A stretch of DNA of 63,780 nt, the filler included, from Atractiella rhizophila (taxonomy: Eukaryota): NCBI GenBank assembly GCA_021432655.1. It is 4 parts of 4 records of this genome, joined end to end, with 100 filler letters (N's around TTAATTAATTAA, not from the genome) between each part and the next. Parts side by side here need not be neighbours in the genome. Positions count along the whole stretch, not along the records: positions 1 to 25,832 come from MU271765.1; positions 25,933 to 51,660 come from MU271766.1; 2 more parts are not named here. One strand, written 5' to 3'. The position numbers were made by a program, and so were the translations under genes. Below are positions 24,400 through 37,034 of this stretch, in pieces. The stretch's first letter is position 1, and each line of letters starts with the position of its first letter. The notes below the pieces were generated by a model that ran no database searches, was not told the DNA's origin, and saw only the letters and a program-made list of their open reading frames with translations.

Positions 24400-25832
24400 G
24401 ATGGGTATTTAGAAATAATTCGATAGTTTTGCTCGAGTTGGAGGAGCTACAGGGCGGACAAGCCGGCATTTTATGGACTTGTTCGTAATTCTTTCATGCC
24501 TTGTGCGGTTGACAATGGGAGATGTTATTGAAGAGCATAAGGGAATGTAGTGGCGTGGATTTTCGTCGAACAAAGGAACAAGCTAGCGGAAACAAGGAAT
24601 CAAGAAATCTTTGACGGTCGGCTGCTGCCATGCCACCTGTTGATTTCAGAGGCAATGGTGTTACGAGAAGTCATCTTCAAGGATAAGAATAATCAAGTGG
24701 AGGCAACTCGACGGAATGTCGAAGCGAGCGAGCAAGGGGAGAACAAAGGGAAAGTGGTGATTCCTGACAGCCTCATAGCATCCTTCATAATGCAATTCGT
24801 AGACACCAATTCAGCACACTATTCGGTGCTGAATCAATTCATGTGCGAAAAATGCAGTCCTGTCAATGTCAATGCGAGGCACAACCCTGGGCACAACCCC
24901 ATCACATCACGTGCACAAATTTCGTGGCTTTTGTTTTTTAATCCAACAAAGTTCACTTTCGCCCCTCGAGGCGGAGAACATTTTGGCCATTTGTTTTCTA
25001 TATTCGGTCTCCTATTGGTCTATATTCTCTCCTTGCTTTTGATGCCCAGCTGCAGTAACGCAGTTACGTGTTGTCGTTTTGATTGAATGGGCAAATCTGA
25101 GGGTCTTTGGAGCTGGGAAAAGTCCAGTCTTGGTCGAGTTTGGAGTGCATATGCGGTATAATGCGGTTATGAAAAACCTTTCAACTGCAAATGGGGTCCC
25201 AAACCTCCAAAGGGAATCTTGCCCTATTCTCCTATTTGTACCTTGTTCCCACTTGTTCCCGAACACACAAACTCCAAATTTTCCTATATTTTGCAATACA
25301 TGGAGCTAACGCAATTAATGCAAGCTCCTGCAGCTCCTCAGATGTGGGATCTCCACCATTACGCATTTCGCGGTACTCATTCACCTTGTCGCGGAGAAGA
25401 GATGGTCGAGGTTTCAATGGATGTGAAAATCTCTCTTCCTCAGAATGTCGTGTCGTTTACCTTTCGTGGATATGCATGTGCTATTATTTTACACCTTACG
25501 AAGGGTTTGTTAGGTCATTTGTTGGATCGTTTGTTCGCTCGTTGGAAGAGGTGCCTGCTCATAGAGCCACCCCCTGTCAATGTTGCTCCGACCAGTTGAA
25601 CCAAGGCGGATTGTAGCTCCAGAAAAGAGATTAACAACATGTCACTCCATCGAGATGTGATAAACTCTCGTGAATGGATCTTGAATCCGAGGTTCAGCAT
25701 TTGGGCAACGGAGTGGTGACCCAAAAGTTTGGTTTGGGTTCCACGGTCGGAGTTGCCTTCCCTTCCTAGCGTCTCGCCCGATAAACGATACAAACCATAA
25801 CTTCTCTAGTTTTGGGGTTCTCGTTTGGTTGT

Positions 25833-25932
25833 NNNNNNNNNNNNNNNNNNNNNNNNNNNNNNNNNNNNNNNNNNNNTTAATTAATTAANNNNNNNNNNNN
25901 NNNNNNNNNNNNNNNNNNNNNNNNNNNNNNNN
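25833..25932. other. Artificial gap/contig linker
   Basis: N44-TTAATTAATTAA-N44, with stops in all six frames. Confidence 0.98.
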
Positions 25933-25937
25933 AGAGA

Positions 25938-27914
25938 ATGGATTCCACGAAGGGAGATGCCTATAACTTACCCAGACAACTTGTGCAACTCGTTGTACGC
26001 GCCTTCTACGAGGCGAAGTACGTAGTACTCATAGACCAACTCACAAAGAAAGAAGCGTACGTTCCCTCCCTTTTTTGCCTCCAAATGGTCTGGCAGAGAA
26101 AGGTTGTTGTTGCTGTCTTCGGCTTGCTGTTGAATACTACATTTGCGAAATTACACGTCGTTGTCCCCATTTACGCCTCAGTATTTCCGCAAGCCTTCCT
26201 GGCCGGCTTGACGCTTTTTGAATGTCGTGGATGCTACGATGCGATACGAGGGGAAGGGGATCTCTTTACAGTCTTCCGCAATCCTATGACATACTCTTCA
26301 GAGGTTGTGACGAATTCTTACTCATGCTCTCAGCTGGCTGTGAGTTGGCCAAAGTGGCAATACTTGAGCCGTTCGACCATGTTGCTTTGAATAAGAACTT
26401 CGTGCCTTGAAACATAGGCTAACCGCGTTCTCCCTGCTCACAGGATGCGGGACGAAGAACTCGCCAGACGACTAGGAATGGTCTCCAAGGAAGTCTCTAA
26501 GATTGCAGCAAAGTTAGTAGAAGACCGTATAATAGCCTCGTGAGCGCCACCCTCTTTTACCTTTGCCTATGCTTACTCAAACAGTTATCGTCGATCGGAA
26601 CTGCGAGAGGGAGCCCCCAAAGCTGTTCAGAAGACGTACTATTACATTGATTATAAAACTATGATTGATGTGACAAAGTGGCGGATGCGCAAGATTCTCA
26701 AAGCTATCGACGCCAAAACAACAACGGTAAGTTGCGTCTGCAACAATCAAGAGCTCAGGTTTGACAAATGGAATAGACAGCTGAAGATTTCGTATACGAG
26801 TACGTCTGGTCGTTCTCGCACTTTGCCAACGGAAGCTAAAAGATGAGCGAATGCAGGTGTTCCGGTTGTTCCGCCACATATAGTGCCCTCGATTTCAACC
26901 GTCTAATTGATGTACCTGAAGGCTATCTGTGCGAATATTGCAATAGCCCACTCAAAGATGCAGCAGGACAGAGCGAGGAAGTGGGTGGAAGTAAGGATCG
27001 GAAAAGGAGATTTATTGATCAGACGAAGAATCTATGGGAGGCGATGAAGCGGACAGACAGCTTACAACTTGAGCCGTATGCTCTTCTCTCGCCTTCTCTT
27101 GACTTGTAGGTTTTGTTCAGCTGTTTACTTCTAGATTCGACGTTATGACTTGGTTGGAGATCAACAATCCCATGGCCAGCTCAGTCAACGACAAAGATTT
27201 CGTCGAAAAGCAGTCGAAGAAACAAGAGCTGAAAGTCAAGATTGGAAGCGAAGCACCTGCAGATGCTGCGAAACGGAAACGAGACGAAGAAGAAGCCTAT
27301 GCCCAAAGACAAAAGAATTCACTACCCTCCTGGCTTGCGGCTTCCACAATCTCAGGTGATCTCACGACGGCAGGAGCTAAGGAGGCCGCTGCCAATGCTG
27401 CTGCTCGTGGTCAAGACAGGGTCACAGTAGAGGAAAAGGTGGAGTTGACGATGGAGGAACATCAGGAGATGAAAGATTATTACGCGAATTATGGGGTGGA
27501 GGCGAAGGGCAAGAAGCGGGAACGAGAAGAAGATTTGGAGGATGCAAGGAAGAAGGTTCGGTTCGAAGAGACGACAAACCCTTCTGCAACATTCAGACTG
27601 CCGGAGACCAGACCTGCCTCTCAAGAGCTTCCTGAGGCGGCTGTTGAGGGAGTAGAGGAAGGTGACGAGGACGATGGCCGGATGGTCACAGGTGCGTACT
27701 TTTTGTTCAGAAACAGAACGCAGCTGATATCGACGGCTGAATAGTGAAAGGCATCCCGATGCGTTTTGTTGATGTGACAGAAGCAGAGCTGGAGCAGATG
27801 GTGCGTTCCGTTTCTCCGAAGTTGTTTGGCGTATCCACCGTGGTGACATCATGGCTGAGACAGGATTCGGACGAGTACAGCGCCTATTTTGCCCTGTTAG
27901 AAGATACGCAATAA
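25938..27914 (+). CDS. TFA1: Transcription initiation factor TFIIE alpha subunit
   Basis: LVQLVVRAFYE, RDEELARRLGM, TYYYIDYKTMIDVTKWRM, zinc ribbon CSGC...YSALD...CEYC, QKNSLPSWLAASTISG and an acidic tail. Confidence 0.92.
26057..26443 (+). other. 387-nt first intron of TFA1 with two long hairpins; candidate intronic ncRNA
   Basis: GTACGT donor, GCTAAC branch, CAG acceptor; hairpins at 26121-26195 and 26301-26408. Confidence 0.65.
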
Positions 27915-28586
27915 CAGACCTAGGCCAGCCTAGGCAGATCTTGTCAACATTTTCTCGGGTTCCTGATCCATTTTCATGCATTCATGCTTCTTCAATGTGT
28001 CGAGCCCCACCTTTTCATTCACAGATTTTACCGAGTGAAGTGAATCGCGGGCAGACGTGTTCCCGAGCAGAGTCCTTTGATTGTCTTTTTGCAATAAGAT
28101 TGAAGACAACTTTGGGCATGTTTGCTGTCAAGCTTGAAAGTGCCAAAGTACTTCAATACGCTTATCTCAAGATCTACCACAACAATGAGGAAGGTTTGAG
28201 TTTGTTCCACCTTCGTTCACCTCGTCTTGCACGTTCGCGGAGACTCCCCGCTGGCAGCATGGAATGAACCAGTTTTAGTTCTCACTGACGTTCTGGACCA
28301 TTGAACAACGTTGGATGTGTTGAATTCATCTGAAGGAATGTCGTGATCACGAGAGGGGGCGAGTCACGTCCTCTGGTAACAAAAAGGAGGAAAGGCTCAC
28401 TCAGCGTTCGCTCCATTTCTCTTCCCAATTCTACAGACTTGATTCCTTGAATGCTTTTAATCCTGTTGATTCTGATGCCTTTACGCAAATCTAATCAGAC
28501 TACTGAAATGTCTTGGCTTGGCAGGATGGATCTTTGGTTGGAAGGGCATGTTGGTGTTAAACATTGGTAATGGTTCTCCTCTTCCA

Positions 28587-29488
28587 ATGGCCAAAGTAAC
28601 GAGGTTTGCGCGTAGGGAGGCACCCACAACCTTGCCCATTCTCGCTCTGCCTCCTCCTCCTCCTTCAAGGCGACTTGGTACTGCATATAATGCAACTCCT
28701 CCCCGCCCTTCAGTGCGGCTTGGTACTTCGCGCAATGCAACTCCTCCTCAGAGTCCGCCTCCGGCATACGCTCATCTCAGGCATGACCTTTTCGATGCTC
28801 TCCCTGCCTTCGTTGGAACTTGGTCAGACAATGTTTCGCACTCGAGTGTGGATGCCGAATCGAGTGCAACTGCGTCAGACACTGGATCACGCTCGTGGTC
28901 AGAGGCGGCTGTGCAGGTCTCTCCTAGCGATCTGCTAGATTCGCAACTCGTTGCAATTACTGCTCCTGAAATCTCAACGACATCTTCAGAAACCTCATCA
29001 AGTAATACTACCAGTACGGCTGTGTCCACCACATCCACCTCCGAGCAACTGCCTACAACAAACAACACAAATTCTGAGCCGCCAACATTCTTCCGCTCTG
29101 TTTTTCAACCAGCTACAACAAATCATTTGGAAGGGAACCGTCAAGCTGAGCAGGTGCGTGGTTTGGTTCTATCTCAGCAAAGTGTTAACGAGTATGGTAG
29201 ACACCTTTGGCAGTCACCGGGCCGTCACCGCCGACGTCTCTGGTGGTCTCTCCGAGCTCATCAGCAGTAGTTATCCCTTCAACTGCAGCATCTTTGGAGG
29301 CTACGCTTTCAGAACATGACCTCATCAACGACCTCTTAACAGCCTACATGGATCGCGGCGGTACGGATCTAGAGCTCATACAAATGCTGCAGGCGAAGAA
29401 ACAACGGCATTCGGCTCTCATCCAAGACCTCGTCAATGCTGACGACAATGAGCAGTCGCATGCAGTTGTTCGCTCAACGGGAGCCTAG
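28587..29488 (+). CDS. Hypothetical Pro/Ser/Thr-rich protein with a helical C-terminus, 2 exons
   Basis: ORF 28518..29270 joined by an intron at about 29154-29200 (gtgcgt...ttaac...tag) to ORF 29207..29488. Duplicated RLGTxxNATPP motif. Start uncertain. Confidence 0.55.
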
Positions 29489-30607
29489 AAGCTCCAAAAT
29501 TTTCGAATCAGGAAGACATTTCACTTTTCGCACCAATCTACAAGAATACAAGAACAAGAAGATCATTTGATTCCGGCACACTACAACCATTTCTCCACTT
29601 CACATTGTACGCACGCATTTGGTACCACTGATCAATCTCTGCAGCCCATTTTCTGCTTTCTGTTGCTCTAATACTGGGGATTTTTCGAATAATCTTGCAC
29701 TCAGAAGACTTGATTCGAAGCAGTGCTACTGCCTCGCGTTTCTCAATTTCAGTTCTGTGTCCAACTGTATCTGTGCTATATACCCACAATCCGCCTCATA
29801 CTGTTCAGCCTTGCAGTTGTAACTCCAGCTCAATGCCAGCCATGATTGGCCAATGCCATGTATATGGTTAACTCTTGTTACGATCTTAGCTTTCTGTTCT
29901 GGGTAGCAATACAATTTTTTTCTGATCCGTTTCCCCCTTACGAACATGTACAAAATTGGGTATTCTCAACAACGGCATTTGGGAAAGTATGGCGCAGGAA
30001 TTATCACATGTATACCAGGTAATGAATAATACAGTTACCACCAGAGGACCAGAGGGATACGATCAAACAAGATCGTTTTCTTCTTTAAAATTTGAGTTTG
30101 AAGACGACGCGGTAGTGGAAGCGAGGATCAACCATTACTGCATTCACATAGTATTCAACATCGCCGTTGTGGCGGTGCTGCAATGCGTTGTGGTGCTCAC
30201 AAACATGAAAACAAACTAAAAATCTACGTTGATCCCGCTGCTGTTGTCTTGCAATGGCTTCTTGGATGAGAAAGACTAAATTGACGCTCACGGTGTTCCA
30301 TATATCTTGAATCGGCTTACTACAAGCTGCTATAAAACCTCCTTTTATCCACTCCTACTTTTACGACATTATTGCAATAATTTTTGTCCTGGAGTCTCCT
30401 GCGATTGCTGGTCCGTTCTATGACTCTGCTGCAACAAAGCTCCAAAAAAGGAAATATTGGAATCGCGTCACCACGATCGATTTGAGTTTGTTGACATCTT
30501 GACCGTATTTAGGATGGAACTCGTTCTCGTCTTCGCGTCGTCTCAATTACGGCACGCGCCATCGAAGCGTCAACATACATTGAAGAAGTTTATGAGCTCG
30601 CCAGGTA

Positions 30608-32553
30608 ATGGCCCGCGTTATTCCAATACAAGAATATCCGCTCCCTCCTCCAATTGTTTATGAGACTCAGACTGGACCACCGGACGCGGCTGGTAACGTT
30701 CCCATCAGGATCGACGTTATTGCACCTAGTCTTTCTGTTACGGATAAGCTGGGACATATGCTCGACAGGATCATTTGTGCCAAAAGATGGTATGTTCGCT
30801 TTTTCCAACAAGGAATAGGAACCGGACTTGAGAGTTTGTGCACCGTATGTGAAATGGATTTGGTAGTAACCTTCAACCTTTTCTTAGGAAAGACCATGAA
30901 GTCGTGAAAAATTCAAAGCCGAAAGCATTTTACCCAGCTTTTTGGCTGGGCTGGACTGGACTCATACCATGGCTTCCCCTAGTAATGAGGACTGGCAGAC
31001 CAAATATGTGTCATAGTAACTTGTGCGGTGACGATAAACCATACTGTCTCTTTGCATTTGTGGGATTTGAGCCCTGTCGAAGCCCTTCTCGCTAAAATAA
31101 ATTCCAGCGATGCTTCTGTCCTCTTGAATCTGATTATAATTGCAGGCACGCTCCACCGAAAACACGTATTATCCCTCCGTACGATCTCGCATATCCAGGT
31201 TACCTGGAAGAAGCAGGTTTTCAACCAAGTCTTCCGCCACCGCCGCCGCCACCACCACCACCTCCTCTTCGCCCTACACCGCCGTCCGTATTGGCAAGGT
31301 TGAACGACCATGAACGCCGTGAATTTGCGGATTTTGCTGCTCGCTTACCACCTGAAGGCTCTTCCATGGGAGGATCAGCATGGGATGACCAGAGGCTGAG
31401 AGAAAACATTGAGAGGCTAAGAGACTTGAACGCGCGAGTGGGAAGTGAGGCTAATATCTACGGGCGACCTTTCTCCGATTTTTACGCCACATCTTCTGAA
31501 CCACTGGGTTTTTCCTCCCGACCTCAGACTCCCAGTCTAGGAGGTGGAGGGCTAAGGGGAAGCGACACATTCTACTTTTCCGAGTCACCTCTCTCTGGAA
31601 TGACCTCACATTTTCCTCCAGCGCCACCTCCGACACCTGTGCCCGGAGGCGGAGGAGCAACAATGATGCACGAGACTCGAGGCCGCTCTCAACACCCTTT
31701 CACGCGGCCATCTTTAGGCAGAAGGAGTCAATCTGCCGATTCGATTCGACGACCTTGGCATTCCCCTCCTGCATCCAGTCGTTCTCTCTCCCCTTCCGTG
31801 GTCGAAAACATTCGAAGACGGGAAGAGTTTCTACGGACCAATATTGAGCGCCAGGCACGAGAATTGCGTGACATATTGAGCCAACAGGAGATCTTGCGAA
31901 GGAATCTGGCGAGGACACTTAACTCCACCGGCGTAACTCGTGAAGAAGTGAGAAGAATGGGGAGTCAAGAAACGTCTGGCAGTGGCGGGCTCCCTTTCAT
32001 TCCTCCTATGAGTGATGCCCAACGGGCTCGTCTGACAGCTGCCAATCTCGCGAGGCTTCCGCGTCACAATTCGTTAGACAACCTGACGCGACCTTCAATT
32101 CTTCGAGGTCAGTCCACCTACCGCGACATTCGCGTGCAACCAGGGACACCGGGCCGCCCCATTCTCACAAACGCTTTGGGTGGTCACCGAGTTGGAAATA
32201 CCATACGTGGCAGTAATCACTTAGACGCCGGATTCGTCCCCTCTCCCAACGGGTCGCAGTATTCGGATGATAGTGCTTACGAGCCATGGAATGGGACAGC
32301 CACGGCTCCTCCCGCCGGTCGACCTCATCCTCCTTACACTTTCCCTCAGCAAGCCCCTTTACGACCCGTTCCAGCGGCAATACCCTCTGCATACCCCAAC
32401 ATACAAGGACAGTACGACTATGAATATGATGATACAGATTACGATTACCCTGGCTTCAACCATACAACAACTACACCACGTGGTTGGAGGAAGTTCGAAG
32501 AAGGAAGATATGTTTCACACAATGGTCTCAGAAGACCTCATGGCATCGTTTGA
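30608..32553 (+). CDS. Hypothetical proline-rich low-complexity protein, multi-exon
   Basis: The 420-aa ORF extends upstream through a poly-Pro run to an acceptor near 31145. Upstream exons from 30608 are plausible; TATAAAA at 30331. 5' structure uncertain. Confidence 0.55.
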
Positions 32554-33411
32554 CCTTCCCTACTATATTCCGAGCATGAAATCAACGCTACTAAAGGCTC
32601 TCTCCAACAGAGCATACATCTTCTGCTTTTCTCATTCTTTTCATCGACATCAATCTTCATAGTTGGAGTTTTACTCCGCGTTTCCATCGGGCTTTCCTTG
32701 TGGTATCCATTCTACAATCAAAATAATGGACGGGCAAAGACTTTATTTTTGTTCAGTGCGTCGTCTCATTTCGTATCACTGTACTTCTTACGCACTCGAT
32801 TTGTCTGATTTGTTATACCACATGCGTGACACACCTGCACTTCTCGTCTCCTTCGCCACAAGTTCAAGTTATTATGCAGTTAGCTGAGGTTCCGAATAAT
32901 GCTACATGTATATGTTCTGCAATTTATTAACCACAATTTACTGCAGCGGCGGCAGCTCATGGCATGATAAAGGTGTCCAAGCTAGACGTCCAAGCGCGGC
33001 GCTCATTCAAATGATCTGGGATCAATCGCATCCTCTAAATACAGCAAGCTACTGTCGCTATTTTCAACGAGTTTCCACCTGATTTGGTGATAGATACCTA
33101 GCCGCAGGCAGGCCTTGCGTTGGGCTTGAGAAGAGAAGATGCCTCGGTGCAACTTTACATGCGCTAAGCAGGGTGACGATTGATGGGGAAAGTGATCGGA
33201 AAGTGTTGAACGGAAGGAGTTCACATGCCCTGCTGCGTTAGAAACAATAAGGTCATGGTGGGGATCCCGTTGTAAGGCATCCGCTCAGCTGGAGCAACAA
33301 AGACAAGCACATTTATCAACCAGGTCCATTCAAAGCCCCTGAATCACAATCCACTCCCTGCCAGAAGTTCAGACCTCCGAGCCTTTCTGCAGTTGATCAA
33401 AGACGTTAGCC

Positions 33412-33923
33412 ATGGGTAACATCATCTCCTCTCCCGTCCAGGTCGTCTCCATTTCCTCCTCTGGGATCAAGGAATCCACGATTCCTTTCGAGGAAGCTCG
33501 ACGATTCCAATCCCATCCGCTGCTCAAGAAAATCGGATTACCCCTCCGAGTGAAAGACGGACAAATCGACATCGACGATGGCAAGGAAGTAGTCTTTGTT
33601 GAGGCAGATATGCGGCGACCTAACCCGGACATGATGAATGTGAGTTTCGCCACTGCTGCCAAAACTGTCCTTGCGATGGTGATTTGACGCTAATCTTATG
33701 CTCCCAGATTCTCTCTGCTTATCTCAAAGAGCTGAGCCAAGTTCGGACGGCCGGTAACACTGAACGACTCTCAGAATTGCAGACCCAAGCTGGTTTCTCG
33801 GCGTTCGCACTGGCATGGATGAAGGAACAGAAATCGTCGAGCTCTGTCGAGCAGGCTTTCGACGGTTGTCTCAAGCCAAACACCAAGTTCCAGAAAGGAT
33901 TCATGATGGGAGGTTTTGATTGA
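33412..33923 (+). CDS. Small hypothetical protein, 2 exons, N-myristoylation-like start
   Basis: MGNIISS...; intron gtgagt...gctaat...cag joins DMMN|ILSAYLKEL in frame. Confidence 0.7.
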
Positions 33924-34275
33924 TCGGTCTTCGTCCTTCATTTTCATTTCACTTGCCAGATGAATTGCTTTGATGGATTTGCTTGCATTGGATGTCTGGT
34001 CCCTTTCTTTCTCTCCACTGTCCTGACAGCTTGCAGCTTTCCTTGGTTCCTATTTCAAGTTTGTGTATCATTCGCTTCGATTCAACTGGAGGTCAACGAT
34101 GTTGTAGTAGTTGGTGTAGGTAGCATGTAAGATTGAGGATACTTTCGATGCAATTTCTTTCGCCGAACAATGCAACATGCTATTGGCTTTGTAGAATTGG
34201 CATAATCATAGGCGCATGGACGGATATGAAAGAACAAGTAGGAAGAGAAAGATTTGCCCACCCGATAGACACAGA

Positions 34276-34904
34276 TCACTCCTCATCCTCCTCGTCATCT
34301 CCTTGCCTCTTCGCAGCCAAGATAGAGCTTGCGATGCGATCCAAATCCCTCCTTCCATCCTCAGTGATCCTTCGCCCTCCACGCTCATCCAGCTCCAACA
34401 CCTTGATCTTCTCCAGCGCTTGAACGATCTTTCGTTCTACCGATCCTGCAAAGCCCACACCTTTTAGCCCAAGTCACAGCTTCGACAGAAAGACGAACCC
34501 GAAGCATCGTAGTGGTGAGACGGGCGGTTACCACGGTTTTTAGATCCTCCATGAAGTTTGCGAAGAGCTCCAACGCCAACGTGTTTACGGAGGTAAATGT
34601 GCCTTGCGACAGCGGCTACATCACACCGCACTTCAATACCCACGGATTCGTGAACAAGAAGCAAGAAGATAGCGCACCCGCACGAACGTAGAACCAGTCA
34701 GGGTCATACGGTGCCAGCTCTTTATAAGCCCCAGTCTTGACAATGTCAACCCAAGTGGGAACTTCGAGCTTTCCTGTTCATCACCCATTCTGCGTCAGAC
34801 TCAGTTGGGGAGTAGTTGAGAGGGATAGGGTGCAAACCGGCCCGTTTCAGTTGGGAAGCGTAGGCGCTAATGAACTCTTGAGCGCTGCAATCTCTCACCG
34901 TCAT
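34276..34904 (-). CDS. RPS19: 40S ribosomal protein S19 (eS19)
   Basis: TVRD...[49 protein letters not shown]...[17 protein letters not shown]; 3 introns. Confidence 0.97.
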
Positions 34905-35174
34905 GTCGAAGAGTAGGTAATGTTTTAAAGGTGATAAAAGTCGGTACCTGTCATTGACATCAGAACCTCAATGCACCGCACAGACTACCCAAGTTCTCAC
35001 CTCCTACCTGTTCACTACCCCTTCTTTCCGTTTGTGTTCAAATCGTCAACGCGGAGTTGAAAGTAAAAACAAAGAGCCACCATACAGTGGGGTACAGCGC
35101 TTTAGTACCGGACTCACGTGTATCCGCGCCAGCTGCAAAATTTCTCGAGTGAACTTATCGACCAAGAAAACAAG
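34905..35174. promoter_or_regulatory. Compact divergent promoter region between RPS19 and eIF3i
   Basis: 270 nt between two head-to-head ATGs. Confidence 0.6.
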
Positions 35175-36674
35175 ATGCGGCCTATTCTACTGTCAGGACA
35201 CGAGCGTTCGCTTACTCGTATGTGTCCACGATCTGCACCGGTTGAAAGTGAGAGCTGATATGTGACATAGAGATCAAATACAACGCAGAAGGCGACCTCC
35301 TCTTTTCGTGTTCGAAGGATACGTATGTTTTGGACTTCAAGTGCAATGGAACGAAAGTTGAATAGAGGGCAGGATAGTTAATGTCTGGTTCTCACATAAT
35401 GGAGAGAGGCTGGGAACATATGAAGGACATAACGGTACCGTCTGGACATGCGACGTTGACTGTAAGTTCCTCTCTTTACACCATACAAGAGGGGTTACCT
35501 ATTGCATCGTACAGCAACATCTACAGTTCTATTCACTGGTTCAGCTGATAACACACTGAAAATGTGGAAGGTGGGAGACGGAACATGTGTGAAGGTCTGC
35601 TCCTGATTGTTGATCAGAGAGGAGCTGCTGAGCTGTAGCGGATAGACGTGGGAGTTTCCAACTGCTGTAAAGCGCGTAGCTCTCAGTCGTGATGATTCTC
35701 GGGTGTGTGGCCTTTTGCTCCACGCTTCAGAGCCACACCAACACTCATCTAACGGTAGATTCTTGCTGTTACCGAGCGACGGATGGGTTTCCCAGCGACT
35801 TTGCGAATCTTCCGCGTAAACTATGAAGACCTCGAAAATCGTACGTCTTCCCTCCACCTTCTCTAGTCGGCGTACTAAGCAGGTGCCGCAGAGGCTGACG
35901 AGCCAGAAGTATATATTGAGATTGACAATGACGACCCCAAACCGAGCGTTGCGATCTGGAGCTACCTTGACAAATACATCATCACTGGACATGAACATGG
36001 AAGAATCGCGCTATGGGATCCTATTGTGCGTTCCATTTACTAAAACGTATTGGTTTCGCTAAAGGTTAAGTGCAGGAGGGTGAAGAGATTAATTCGACAG
36101 AGTCTGTGCACGAGAAGACTGTTACGGACATTCAGACTTCTCCAGATGGTACTTACGTCGTAACAACCTCGAAAGACCAGACTGCAAAGGTTTGTTTTCA
36201 TTTCGCACCTCACATCATGCTCATGGGGACCAGATCATCGACATCAAAACGCTCAAGGTAATCAAAGAATTCAAGACTGAAACTCCTTTGAATAGCGCCG
36301 CCATCATCCCCTCTCGTCCCTACATCGTACTCGGTGGAGGTCAGGAGGCAATGTCTGTGACAACGACTTCTGCAAGACAGGGGCACTTTGAAGTCCGCTT
36401 TTGGCATCGCATCTTTGAGGAGGAAGTAGCAAGGGTGAAAGGTGGTTTCGGACCATGCAACACGATCGCTGTTCATCCGAAGTGCCATGGCTATTCCATT
36501 GGTGGGGAAGATGGTTATGTGAGGGTCCATCAGTGCGTAGTCCCATCTCGCCTTAGCTGCTGCTGGTTATCTGAATTTCATAACGTCGGTGCTGACTATG
36601 TCGTGGCAACTAGCTTCGATGAAGATTTCTTCAGGAGCAAACCCTATGGCGCCGACATGGAACCAGACGATTGA
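35175..36674 (+). CDS. TIF34: Translation initiation factor eIF3 subunit I (WD40)
   Basis: [81 protein letters not shown]. Confidence 0.96.
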
Positions 36675-37034
36675 TTCTTCGGTCCACCCAGTGTTGTATT
36701 ACTAGCCTGACTATTGCTGATTAGATCAATTGGATGTTTAATTGCATCGATGGCACATTCATGTTGGGGATTGTGCAGGATGTACAGAAAACAATGAAAC
36801 ATTGTGATCTCATACAGACAGCATAAAAAAGAGTAAGGACGGATGGCCTTTCGCCGATGAGATACGCTGATAGGTGGGTTACAAAACGAGAATGATTTAT
36901 CGGTGAGAAATGTGGCTGAAGATAAAATACACTGAAGATCTCCGCTTCAGTTCTCTTAATAACGATAATTGAACAAATCGACAGAGCGAATGAAAAGAAG
37001 AAACCAACCCACTCAACGTCGTCGCAGCCACGAC

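Noticed and set aside
24550..25800. Overlapping ORFs on both strands next to the gap
   Set aside because: No recognisable domain or consistent splice model. It may be a decayed repeat or gene but cannot be supported.
29540..30290. Short hydrophobic ORFs between two orphan genes
   Set aside because: No coherent exon chain or motif.
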